Positions 23,377-33,303 of a DNA stretch of 64,000 nucleotides are shown in pieces. The notes below the pieces were generated by a model, which worked only from the letters and a program-made list of their open reading frames with translations, had not been told where the DNA came from and did not search any database. Source of the stretch: an uncultured delta proteobacterium. GTDB taxonomy: Bacteria; Desulfobacterota; Syntrophia; Syntrophales; UBA2185. Position 1 is the first letter of the stretch, and each line of letters opens with the position of its first letter. The DNA is taken from contig CAVSPA010000004.1 of the NCBI GenBank assembly GCA_963729715.1, positions 640,961 through 704,960 on the forward strand, given 5' to 3'. The position numbers were made by a program, and so were the translations under genes.

Positions 23377-24765
23377 ATGGTTTTGAACAGCGTTCTCATT
23401 GTTGATGACCAGAGCCTCATAAGGAGTTCATTAAGATCAGCACTTAGTAATGAAGGTTACAGAGTTCTTACTGCCGAAACCGGTAAAGAAGGTCTCTCTT
23501 TTTTTGAAAAAGAAAATATCGATCTTGTATTGCTGGATGTCAGACTTCCGGACGCCAATGGCATTGATGTCCTTGAGAAGATGAAAACGGTGAATGATGA
23601 CGTCATCGTCATCATGATGACAGGATACGGTACAATCGAAAATGCTGTCACCGCAATGAAACTTGGTGCCTTTGACTACATCAGCAAGCCCTTCAAAACT
23701 AAACACATCTCAACCATAATAAAACTTGCACTGGAAACCCATAAATTAAAAAGAGAGGTGGAGGATTTTAGGGATAGAACCAGGTCGCTGTATGAGACTG
23801 CTAGAATTATCGGCAAGAGTAAGGCTATTCTGAAGACGCTAGGCATGATCAAGAAAGTTGCCGAGATCGATTCGCCAACCGTACTTATCCAAGGCGAAAG
23901 CGGAACAGGAAAAGAACTGGCTGCAAAGGCTATTCACTATAACAGTTCAAGGTCCGAAGGGCCTTTTGTCGAGATCAATTGCTCATCGATACCTTATACG
24001 CTATTGGAGAGCGAGTTGTTCGGCTATGAGCAGGGAGCATTCACCGATGCGAAAAAAACGAAAAGAGGCCTTATTGAGCAGGCAAACGGCGGTACGTTAT
24101 TTCTCGATGAGATCGGTGACATGGATGTTGCCATGCAGTCGAAGATTTTAAATGTGCTGCAGGAAAGAAAACTGAGAAGGTTAGGCGGGCATCAGACGAT
24201 TCAAGTTAATGCCCGGATTGTCGCCGTAACGAATCACAATCTTCGCGAGGATATTCGTCAAAATAAATTTAGAGAGGATCTTTTTTATAGGTTAAACGTC
24301 ATCAATATTTACCTTCCCCCTCTGCGAGAACGCAGGGAAGACATCAGTCTTCTCGCAAAATATTTTATTGATGAGTTCAATCAAAGCTACAGAAAAATCG
24401 TGAGGGGAATAGACGAAGAGGCTGTTCGCATTATGATGAGTTATTCGTGGCCGGGAAACGTGAGGGAACTGAGAAACACAATCGAGAGAATCATGATTAT
24501 CGATAATCCTGGTTTGATCATGAGCAAGCACCTGCCCCGCGAAGTATTGGAGGAGAGGGGTGTAAACCCGCACTTTACCCCGATTGTGGATATTGAGATC
24601 CCCGAAGACGGGCTGGATATCAATAAATTCACGTTTACAGTCAAAAAGCAACTCGTAAAGAAAACCCTTCTCAAGGCAGGAGGAAACAAATCAAAGGCAG
24701 CAAGGCTCCTGAACCTAGATCGTTTTTCTTTACGGTATTTAATGAAGAAAATGGATCTTTCATAA
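23377..24765 (+). CDS. sigma54-dependent response regulator (NtrC family)
   Basis: receiver domain; GESGTGKE, GAFTDA, LFLDEIG, WPGNVREL; Fis HTH. Confidence 0.95.
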   Translation: MVLNSVLIVDDQSLIRSSLRSALSNEGYRVLTAETGKEGLSFFEKENIDLVLLDVRLPDANGIDVLEKMKTVNDDVIVIMMTGYGTIENAVTAMKLGAFDYISKPFKTKHISTIIKLALETHKLKREVEDFRDRTRSLYETARIIGKSKAILKTLGMIKKVAEIDSPTVLIQGESGTGKELAAKAIHYNSSRSEGPFVEINCSSIPYTLLESELFGYEQGAFTDAKKTKRGLIEQANGGTLFLDEIGDMDVAMQSKILNVLQERKLRRLGGHQTIQVNARIVAVTNHNLREDIRQNKFREDLFYRLNVINIYLPPLRERREDISLLAKYFIDEFNQSYRKIVRGIDEEAVRIMMSYSWPGNVRELRNTIERIMIIDNPGLIMSKHLPREVLEERGVNPHFTPIVDIEIPEDGLDINKFTFTVKKQLVKKTLLKAGGNKSKAARLLNLDRFSLRYLMKKMDLS

Positions 24766-24787
24766 ACTTTCGTCATATTACCTCAAT

Positions 24788-24929
24788 TGTGAAATATTTT
24801 CACCTTGCCTGTGATCTTTTTCCACATTTATTTATTAGCCTTTAATAATTGGGATTCTCTTTCTTAAATGCTCATTTGAGATCAGCATGATCATCTATTT
24901 GAATTCTATATTCGTGGAATATCTTCACA
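24788..24929. promoter_or_regulatory. three GTG-N9-CAC palindromes, probable upstream activator sites
   Basis: TGTGAAATATTTTCACC (24788), TGTGATCTTTTTCCACA (24810), CGTGGAATATCTTCACA (24913). Confidence 0.6.
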
Positions 24930-25024
24930 TTTTCCTCTCCATGGTCTTGGTTTATTATCTCGGATATTATTCTAACTGATTAATATTAAAAAACGTTTTT
25001 GAGTTTCACCGCAAGAGCATCTTA

Positions 25025-25041
25025 TTGGCATTCTCTGTGCA
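25025..25041 (+). promoter_or_regulatory. sigma54 (-24/-12) promoter
   Basis: TTGGCATTCTCTGTGCA with GG (25027-28) and GC (25039-40) spaced by 10 nt. Confidence 0.8.
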
Positions 25042-25086
25042 ATCTGTCGTTGGCGTAAAACCTAATATGCAAAGGAGGACAGTAAG

Positions 25087-26772
25087 GTGACTACCGCTCT
25101 ATTTAATAACGATGAAGTGGAAAAAATCGGGAAAGCTGGTGCGGCGTGGATTGACGAAGTTTATTCCTGCCATAAGGAGCTCAAGAAGAAATTTGAGACC
25201 TTATCAGGTTTTGAAGTGAAGCCCCTTTATACACCGAAAGATCTGTACAACTTGGATTACATTCGTGATCTCGGTTTTCCGGGAGGGGATCCGTATGTTC
25301 GAGGGGTCCATCCCACAATGTACAGAGGCCGTACTTGGACACACCGGCAATTGGCCGGTTTCGGGCCGCCGGAAGAAACGAATAAACGGTATAAGTTCCT
25401 CCTTCAACAGGGTGCAACAGGGATAAACGGTGTTTTCGATTACCCGACTTTGCGGGGCTACAACAGTGATGACCCCGATGTTTATGCTGATGTAGGGCGT
25501 GGAGGCGTCTCAATCGATTCCATTGAAGATATGCGCATACTTTTCGAGGGCATTCCCATTGATGAAGTCAGCGTTTCTCTCGTAACATGCCAACCCATCT
25601 GCAACATATCAATCCAATCGATGTATTTTGCAAATGCCCAGAACAGAGGGGTGCCACTGAACAAACTGGCGGGAACAAGTCAGAATGATTTTCTGATGGA
25701 AACAGCTATCACCATCGCTCCCGGCGTTACGCCCCCAAAGGTCTCCTTCAGGCTGAGTTGCGACGCCATTGAATTCTGCACGAAATACGTACCGCGATGG
25801 AATCCTATAAGCTTCTCGGGATACAACTACCGCGAGGCAGGATGCACGGCCCCTCAGGAAATCGCCTTTATGATTGCCAATGCCGTTGCTTGCTCGGAGG
25901 AGTTGATTAGACGGGGACACGATATTGACGTATTTGCGCCACGGTTGAGCTTTTTCCTCTCCGCCCACAACGACTTCTTTGAGGAAATCGCTAAGTATCG
26001 TGCTGCACGGCGTATCTACTGCAAAATCATGAAGGAACGTTTCTCTCCGAAAGATCCCCGCTCCCTGATGTTCAGGTTTCACGTCCAAACAGCTGGAGTG
26101 GCGCTGACAGCCCAGCAGCCCTTGAATAACATTGCCCGCGCCTCTTATCATGCCCTTGCGGCGGTTTTGGGCGGAGCACAGTCCGTCCATGTCGACGCCT
26201 ATGATGAAGCACTGTGCGTGCCGACAGAGCTGTCCTCTCTCACGGCTTTGAGGACCCAGCAGATCCTGCAGTCTGAGACCGGTGTGACCAATGTGGTGGA
26301 TCCCTTAGGAGGCTCCTATTTCCTGGAATCTTTGACCCGTCAAATGGAAGAAAGTATAGCCAGCATTCTGGCTGACATTGATTCGATGGGAGGTATTGTC
26401 AAATCCGTAGAGAAAGGGTGGATTCACGATGAAATATCAGCGGCCGCTTTTCAATATCAATCGAAAGTCGAGTCCGGAGAAATGCCCATCGTCGGTGTAA
26501 ATTGTTTTCAGATAGAGAATGAAAAACTTCCGATCAAGCTCTTTCGCTTGCCGAAGACGCTTAAGATACAGGAAGCTAAACTCAAAAGGATCAGAAGAAA
26601 GAGAGATTCCCTGCAGGTGCAGAAGACGTTGGATGCGGTTACCCGCGGATGTGAAGAGGGACTAAACCTTATGGAACTGCTCGTGGAGGGAGTAAAGGTT
26701 TATGTGACAGAGGGAGAAATATCACAAGCCTTGAGAAAAGTCTACGGGGTTTGGAATCCTCCCCTGTTTTAA
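25087..26772 (+). CDS. AdoCbl-dependent acyl-CoA mutase, large (substrate-binding) subunit
   Basis: RGVHPTMY..RTWTHRQLAGFG, GTSQND, FEEIAKYRAAR, RFHVQT and DPLGGSY motifs. Confidence 0.93.
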   Translation: MTTALFNNDEVEKIGKAGAAWIDEVYSCHKELKKKFETLSGFEVKPLYTPKDLYNLDYIRDLGFPGGDPYVRGVHPTMYRGRTWTHRQLAGFGPPEETNKRYKFLLQQGATGINGVFDYPTLRGYNSDDPDVYADVGRGGVSIDSIEDMRILFEGIPIDEVSVSLVTCQPICNISIQSMYFANAQNRGVPLNKLAGTSQNDFLMETAITIAPGVTPPKVSFRLSCDAIEFCTKYVPRWNPISFSGYNYREAGCTAPQEIAFMIANAVACSEELIRRGHDIDVFAPRLSFFLSAHNDFFEEIAKYRAARRIYCKIMKERFSPKDPRSLMFRFHVQTAGVALTAQQPLNNIARASYHALAAVLGGAQSVHVDAYDEALCVPTELSSLTALRTQQILQSETGVTNVVDPLGGSYFLESLTRQMEESIASILADIDSMGGIVKSVEKGWIHDEISAAAFQYQSKVESGEMPIVGVNCFQIENEKLPIKLFRLPKTLKIQEAKLKRIRRKRDSLQVQKTLDAVTRGCEEGLNLMELLVEGVKVYVTEGEISQALRKVYGVWNPPLF

Positions 26773-27030
26773 GGGAACGGCATATTACAAAAATATCTTC
26801 GGTTAATTGAAATGCCGAAAATCTACTAAAACAAACTAAAGGAATGCATTGCATGGCACGGGTTTGGTCTTTGTTTGTTGCCGGTTGGATTGGGATTTCT
26901 TTGGTTGCAGCTATAACCATAAATTCGACTTTCGGCAAACCGATCCGACCGCCAACGAGGCTATTTATATCATAATCAAAATCTAATATCTTTTTTAATT
27001 TCAGAATCAAACTTGAAAGGAGAATAAGAA

Positions 27031-27426
27031 ATGCGAAAATGTCGAATGCTGATGGCGCGTCTGGGGATGGATGCCCACTGGCGGGGAAGCATCGTCGTCG
27101 CACGCGCACTTCGCGATGCAGGAATAGAAGTGATTTATGTCGGTAACCAGATGCCGCCGAACATTGTAAAGACGGCAATACAGGAAGATGTCGATTTCAT
27201 CGGCCTGAGTTCTCTATCTGGAAACCATCTCGAGCTTGCGCCCAAGGTCATCAAACTGCTGCGAGAGGAGAATTGCGGCGACATCAAGGTAGTCTTCGGC
27301 GGGACCGTAGCTCCCGAAGACATTCCAGCGCTGAAGAAGGCAGGCATTGCCGAAGTTTTTGGCCCCGGAACACCCCTGAAGAAGATCGTCGAATACATAT
27401 CCGCTGCAGCGACAGATCTAAGTTAG
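27031..27426 (+). CDS. acyl-CoA mutase small (B12-binding) subunit
   Basis: DxHxxG (DAHWRG), GLSSLSG, VFGG and FGPGT motifs. Confidence 0.93.
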   Translation: MRKCRMLMARLGMDAHWRGSIVVARALRDAGIEVIYVGNQMPPNIVKTAIQEDVDFIGLSSLSGNHLELAPKVIKLLREENCGDIKVVFGGTVAPEDIPALKKAGIAEVFGPGTPLKKIVEYISAAATDLS

Positions 27427-27506
27427 TCCTGAAAGGGACAGGTTTAGAAACTAAGGCCTACATGTTTAAAAAGACTCAGTAAAAATGTCTTAGGAGAAGA
27501 ATAACC

Positions 27507-28562
27507 ATGAACGGACGACATATAAAAGCCAAGAAGGCCGAGATTTTATCATTGGAAGAGGCCGTCAAAAAATACATGCACGATGGTATTATGATGTGTA
27601 CAGGTGGATTCACAGCAATGAACCGGAATCCTGTTGCCTGGGTTTGGGAAACCATAAGACACGGGCTTAAAGATATCCATAATATTGATCCTCATGGTTG
27701 TCTGACATCTTGGATGCTGAATGCAGCCGACGCGATGGCTATTCATGAATCGAGTTGGACCGGCTGGGGCGAGATGGCGGGAAAACTCGACATTCAGTCA
27801 GGCAATCGATATAAGCAAGGGAAGTTGATCCTGGAAGAATACGCGCATGGAGCCATGGCTTTACGATTCCTGGCGGGTGCAGTAGGCAGCCCCTTCATGC
27901 CATATTTTGCACCCCCCGGGTCCGACCTCTACAACCCTGATTATGATGCCCTCGGAAAGGCTGGTCTTCGTAATGGTAAAAACCCGAGGATAGCTGATAA
28001 AAAGTTCGTCCCCATCGAGGACCCATTTTTCAAAGAAGGCACCGTCTATCTTCTGCCGGCCATCAGACCGGAGCTTGCCGTCATTCATGTGTCCCAAGCC
28101 GGTGAAAAAGGGACAGCAAGATGGAGAGGCATCAGTACGCTGGACAAAGAGATGGCCTTTGCAAGTGACAAAGTGGTTCTCACTTGTGAGGAAATCATTT
28201 CAGAGGCTGAGCTGCGGCGCCTGCCGGAATCCAATCAGATCCCCTATTTTGTCGTAGATTGTATTGTACAGATTCCTTACGGGGCCTACCCGAGTGGTAC
28301 GCCTTATTTTTATGACTACGACGCACAGTTCATTCGGGCCATGGATCAGGCCTCTCGAAACTCGCAGGATCTAAAACAATGGTTAAATGAATGGGTATTT
28401 GAACCGGCGTCCTGGGATGCTTTTTTAGACAAGGTGGGCACGAAAAGATTACTCGATCTTAAAGCGGACAGTGTGCTGGGTTATAGCCAAAAGCTGGTAA
28501 GGGGCAAGAAACCTTCACCGATGATGAGAATGCCCTTATCCGTGATGAAAAGTGGTTTTTAA
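27507..28562 (+). CDS. family I CoA-transferase subunit A (GctA-like)
   Basis: GGF, RFLAGA.G.PF, ..P.LA.IH and CEEI motifs. Confidence 0.85.
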   Translation: MNGRHIKAKKAEILSLEEAVKKYMHDGIMMCTGGFTAMNRNPVAWVWETIRHGLKDIHNIDPHGCLTSWMLNAADAMAIHESSWTGWGEMAGKLDIQSGNRYKQGKLILEEYAHGAMALRFLAGAVGSPFMPYFAPPGSDLYNPDYDALGKAGLRNGKNPRIADKKFVPIEDPFFKEGTVYLLPAIRPELAVIHVSQAGEKGTARWRGISTLDKEMAFASDKVVLTCEEIISEAELRRLPESNQIPYFVVDCIVQIPYGAYPSGTPYFYDYDAQFIRAMDQASRNSQDLKQWLNEWVFEPASWDAFLDKVGTKRLLDLKADSVLGYSQKLVRGKKPSPMMRMPLSVMKSGF

Positions 28563-28579
28563 CTTTTTAAGGGGGAAAA

Positions 28580-29479
28580 ATGTCAAGTAAATCTATTGAA
28601 GAACTAGTCGCCATATTGGAAATAATTCCGGATGAACCAGCAAAGATCGGCGAATTCGCTTTGCCCGAGTTAATGGCCATTGCATGCTCACATGAGGTCA
28701 AGGACAGCGATATCGTTTTTGCCGGCACGGGTCTCCCTATGGTCGGCATCATGACAGCAAACCTGCTTCATGCCCCCCATGCGGCTCTGATTTATGAAGC
28801 TGGGATATGTGACGGAAAGACCATGCATACCCCTATGAGTGTTTGCGATGGCAGAGCGAGTTATATGGCATCCACCCTGGGAGGATTAGTAGATACTTTC
28901 GCTTATTATCTTCAGCGGGGTTACGTATCGCTTGGGTTCCTCGGAGGAGCAGCCATCGATCAATTCGGGGGGGTCAACGTCACCTGTATTGGTGATAATT
29001 ATTTCAAACCAGATAATCGCCTAACGGGGAGCGGCGGCAACTCAGACATTGGGACCATGGCAAAAAGGACCGTCTTCATTATGCTTCAGGAAAAGAGAAG
29101 ATTCGTCGAAAGAAATGAATACACAACTACGCCGGGCTGGTGGTGCTGGGATTGGAAAAAAAGAGAATGGAAGCCCAAGAGAGAAGCTTTAAAAAATAGC
29201 CCCTTTGCAGATTGTGGACCTGAGGCCGTTGTTACGAACATGGGCATATTCAGGTTTGATGAAAAGGGCATTATGTACTTGGAGTCCTATCATCCCGGTG
29301 TGACTGTTGAAAAAATTGCAAATAATTGTAATTTCGGTCTCAACATTTCCAGGGTGAAAGGAGAAACGCGTTATCCGACTTACAGAGAATTATTTGTACT
29401 CAGGGAATTTGTTGATCCTGAATTAATCTTTATGTCTGAGAGGCCGGAATACCCCGAAGACATAAGAAACTTGCTCTAA
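28580..29479 (+). CDS. family I CoA-transferase subunit B (GctB-like)
   Basis: FAGTGLP, IYEAG (catalytic Glu position), GFLGGAAIDQFG.VN, RLTGSGG and HPGV motifs. Confidence 0.88.
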   Translation: MSSKSIEELVAILEIIPDEPAKIGEFALPELMAIACSHEVKDSDIVFAGTGLPMVGIMTANLLHAPHAALIYEAGICDGKTMHTPMSVCDGRASYMASTLGGLVDTFAYYLQRGYVSLGFLGGAAIDQFGGVNVTCIGDNYFKPDNRLTGSGGNSDIGTMAKRTVFIMLQEKRRFVERNEYTTTPGWWCWDWKKREWKPKREALKNSPFADCGPEAVVTNMGIFRFDEKGIMYLESYHPGVTVEKIANNCNFGLNISRVKGETRYPTYRELFVLREFVDPELIFMSERPEYPEDIRNLL

Positions 29480-30176
29480 CGTCTAACATAGCGTGAAGTT
29501 GGTGACGCCGAATCCCGGGTGCAACCGGAGATTGCCTTTTACGTCCCTCTGATAAATAGATAACTCAATTTTCTTGCACACTGAAGTGTGTTCATATAGT
29601 TGATGATTGCCAGTAAACTACCACCGACCTTGTCGGTGGCCTTCAAAATGCGGCAAGCCTACGGACAATGTCCTTCGCCTTGCCTGCTAAGGGTTGAAAC
29701 GGCTATTCTAAAATATTGTTCACCAACATTGTTGGTTCACTTAAGGTGTGGGGCCTCCGCCCCCACACCCCACCACTGACAATGTCAGTGATTTTGACAG
29801 ATAAATAAACGGTCTCAAAGGGTGTTTCATAATTCAAACCACAGTCTGCTTGCCCTTTAATCATCTTCAGAAACCGTGAACGGAAAGTATCTCTCAGCAG
29901 GGCACGTTTAACCGGCGACAACCTTAGAAAAGCGTCAATAAGCGCCGCCCTTTCTGCCCCTCTTGCCATCAGAAGCGAGTGGTAGAATTTAGGGAGTGAC
30001 TATTACATGTTTCCATCGGTAATGCGCAAAATTTAAACTTTTTGACTCTATTTGTTAGGTGTTAGCAACAAGTGTTGCAAGAATTATTTCACGAATACCG
30101 ATTATCTTTAAGATAATGGTAATACTCTTAAAAATACCGAATTTTGACCATAATTATTAAGTATACCTACAAGTAT

Positions 30177-30707
30177 TTATACAGATACATTTCTGCAAAA
30201 GGAACATAGCCTATCGTCGCAGCAAATAATAGATTCAATTGATTTGCTAAATTTAGGTTGCCAAATTGCCCTAAGCTCTCCTTGCTTTTCAAATTTGGTT
30301 TCCTTTATCATTGCTGGGTGACGTCCCCAATCTTGTCCGTTCCAATCTTCTTTCCGGTTTTGATACACTACTTCGTAAATACCTTGAAAAGAAACGGGAA
30401 CTATTGAATTGAGGGCATATGTTAAGATCTCATAAAAAGGTTCAATCTCTACAATCTCAACACATGAATCCGCATTCTCAAATTGATTCATCGTTTCCCG
30501 TGAGCATATTTTTGATGTGCACAGAATAAAGCAATCAGGTGCCTCAAAGTGTCGGCCAAAGGTAACATTTACGAACGTGGTGTTTTTCGCACCATCACCG
30601 AACTCAATTGCACGAAATGCTCCCATTGCCCTCATCGAAGAATAACGATACATTCGTCTTTCCATTTGACTATGTTTGCTGACCACTGGGAGAGACAGAT
30701 GACCCAT
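30177..30707 (-). CDS. hypothetical protein (possibly 5' truncated)
   Basis: 176-aa AT-rich ORF. Confidence 0.5.
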   Translation of the reverse strand: MGHLSLPVVSKHSQMERRMYRYSSMRAMGAFRAIEFGDGAKNTTFVNVTFGRHFEAPDCFILCTSKICSRETMNQFENADSCVEIVEIEPFYEILTYALNSIVPVSFQGIYEVVYQNRKEDWNGQDWGRHPAMIKETKFEKQGELRAIWQPKFSKSIESIICCDDRLCSFCRNVSV

Positions 30708-30751
30708 ACGTGGGCGGCAGGAAGCTTAAACGAATGTTGGTCTCATCTTCT

Positions 30752-31198
30752 TTAAATGGAAGCAGCAAAAGCACAAGCTTTGTAAAATCTCTTGTGCCTA
30801 ATATTCAGCAGTGTACCGTCCTCCATGTTTTTCAGGAGAGCGTATTTTTCAACTAGTGGTTTGAATTTCTCCCGGCCATAAATGCTGAGACAATTATAGA
30901 AAAGTAAGTTGAGTTCACTACTGGATAATTGGGCTCTAACCAGATTAGTATAAAATTTTTTATCAGGGATTTCGCTGGTTTCTATGAATTTAACGATGTT
31001 GTATAAATTACGAAAATAATGCCCGAGGTACGACTGATAATATCTGTAAAGCTTATTATACTCTTCATCTATAATTTGAATTTCCTCCTCATCGTCTCTT
31101 TTATGTAATGGGTCCGATCTCCAAAAATTGGAAAAAAATTTATAAAGCCAGATAAAAGCGGTTCTCGCCTCATAGCGCACGGCGTCATCTCTAATCAC
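30752..31198 (-). pseudogene. putative phage abortive-infection protein, C-terminal part
   Basis: GHYFRNLYNI.KFI...Y...RAQLS..EL.LLFYN...FK.LVEKY.LL pattern; the usual N-terminal TM region is missing. Confidence 0.7.
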
Positions 31199-31233
31199 AG
31201 TGTTATTAACTATGTCGTGGTGTAGTCTACACC

Positions 31234-32070
31234 AAGTTCTTCGGAAACCAGAATATCAAGGAAATCAATTATGGGAACATAGAGGACTTCTTTCTCCTAC
31301 AGACCGATATCACCGATAAAACAAAAGCGAACATTAAGTCTTCACTCCACGACTTCTTCTGCTGGATTAAGAAGCGCAACGATAAGTCCATGCCGGCCTT
31401 TGAGATCCCGGACTTTCCCGCGATCAAGCCGGAACTCGGGTACCGTAACATCTTGTCAAAAGAGGACCAGTTTGCCGTCCTGGATGAAGTGAAGCGCCTG
31501 GTATGGGAGAAAAACCCGAAAGTCTGGATAGGAATTAAGTGGCTTTCAACTTATTTTTCTATTCGCCCCGGGGAAATGCTGAAGATCAGGGAATGCGATA
31601 TCAATCTTAGCATCGGCCATTTCATTATACCGTACCCAAAGGTAAAGAGGTACAAGTCCGTTCCGATGCTGGATGAAGATATCGAGCTTGCGCGAGAGTT
31701 CATCGCGGATCCCGGGAAAAGATTACTTCCCTTCTTCCGTCATCCGGCAGGGATCAGCGGCGTTGCCCTGGATGAACCTTTCGGTAATCGGCTGCTCTGG
31801 AAATATTGGAAAGCGGCCTGTCATAACCTAAAAATTTACGACGTGGATCTCTACGGTGGAACGAAGCACTCATCGGTTACAGCTCTCTCGGAGTTCTTTT
31901 CTCCCGAGGACATTATGGGGAGCGCAAAGATCAGCACGAATAAAGCCTTCAGGCGACATCTCCAGACAGACGCTGAAAAGGTGAAGAACCTTTACCGCAA
32001 GGCGAGGGGAGCAGAAGTTATCAAATTTGAACCCGCCAAAAAAGTGCCAAAGGATTTTGGCACTTCCTGA
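31234..32070 (+). pseudogene. phage-type tyrosine integrase remnant 1
   Basis: open frame from about 31234 with no N-terminus; IRPGE and LYGGTKHS; His at the expected catalytic Tyr (AFRRH); abuts the att repeat. Confidence 0.75.
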
Positions 32071-32101
32071 ATTAGTAACTACTTGATTTTATAATAACTA
32101 A

Positions 32102-32129
32102 TTGGTGGAGGCGGCGGGAATCGAACCCG
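32102..32129 (-). repeat. att core: tmRNA-like 3' end, copy 1
   Basis: minus strand reads CGGGTTCGATTCCCGCCGCCTCCACCA; identical to 45993-46020. Confidence 0.85.
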
Positions 32130-32555
32130 ATTCTTTATACTCTAACCTATTAATAATATTACATAAAAAAATGGTTGGAGGTCATTTAGAGGTCAAAATA
32201 CTTACAAGAGTTGAGATTTGAGCTACTAAAAAATTCAAAACGAATTATCTCTTTCTTCCTTGTAGTCTTGTTTTTTGCCATCTCCCTTCATAATGCAACA
32301 TTTCTACAAACGAAATCATCAATATGGGGTAAGTTACGTAATCTATAATAAATAAGGAAAATCCTATTTCACGAAAGCGATCTTTCATCAAGTTATTTTT
32401 GCATTTGATTTTTGTACCAATAATTAGTATATCAATTAACAATTCTTCTCGCTTCCCATGCAAAAATTGCTGAAAACATAGCGGTTTATTTGAAAAGTGC
32501 AAGATTTTTATGCAAGACACGTAAAATATTTTAGTATCAAAATGGGGACATTGCG

Positions 32556-32738
32556 ATGAGACGTTTTATTGCCTACCTGCTGACCTTGCTATTTCTTGTC
32601 AGTGTCGGATTCCTAAGTGCCTGCAGCAGAAATGGTGAGCCGAAAAAAAAGGCTGACAGAAGCGAGTCAGATTGGTCTGCATCAGGGGCAGTCAAAGATT
32701 TTGAAGAAATGCAAAAGGCCGCTGAAAAGAAGAATTAG
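32556..32738 (+). CDS. small lipoprotein
   Basis: signal peptide with lipobox LSAC. Confidence 0.65.
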   Translation: MRRFIAYLLTLLFLVSVGFLSACSRNGEPKKKADRSESDWSASGAVKDFEEMQKAAEKKN

Positions 32739-32832
32739 ATATGATCGTTTTAACTTCCAATCCTCAAATTAAGTATTACGTCTTTGTTCCTGGAAGACTG
32801 AATAAAAATCATGGAAGGAGGAAAAGAAAGCA

Positions 32833-33291
32833 ATGATCCCTATTGAAGACAAAGCACGAGATTTTTTAATGGTTCTTGCGGCGTTGCTCTGGGCCTTTAT
32901 CATTTATGCGAGCTGGCAAGGCGCCCTGAGCAAGAGTAATCAGCTCATCTACTGCGGTCTTCTGGCCTGTGCCGTCCTGGTCGTCGTTTACTTTGTGATG
33001 GGTGCAGTGGTGAATCAGAAGATCAGCACGGCAGTCCTCATCTGGCCGGTACTGCTGAATGGGGTTACACAGGCTATTGCCTTTACAATAGTCTACATGA
33101 CAAAAGGAGAGAAGTTGGATTTCATCCTGGGAATGCACCCCGGTTTTTTCGGAGCCATAGTATTTTTCTGGCTGGGTAACTTCCTGACCTCAACCCTCTC
33201 TTACTGGGTCCTCTTCAAGAAGAGCGCTGTTCCCGACGAAGAATGGAGCGCGTTCATGAAAGAGGTCGCCGCTCAAGAGAAACTTCACTAA
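32833..33291 (+). CDS. 4-TM membrane protein, probable symporter partner
   Basis: strong RBS; 12 bp upstream of the SSS gene. Confidence 0.75.
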   Translation: MIPIEDKARDFLMVLAALLWAFIIYASWQGALSKSNQLIYCGLLACAVLVVVYFVMGAVVNQKISTAVLIWPVLLNGVTQAIAFTIVYMTKGEKLDFILGMHPGFFGAIVFFWLGNFLTSTLSYWVLFKKSAVPDEEWSAFMKEVAAQEKLH

Positions 33292-33303
33292 GGAGGTGAG
33301 ATA

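Noticed and set aside
25087..26772. canonical methylmalonyl-CoA mutase (mutA/scpA)
   Set aside because: Both carboxylate-binding residues are substituted, so no gene symbol was assigned.
32102..32129. tRNA or tmRNA gene (also 45993-46020)
   Set aside because: Only the T-arm/acceptor 3' end is present; treated as att cores.
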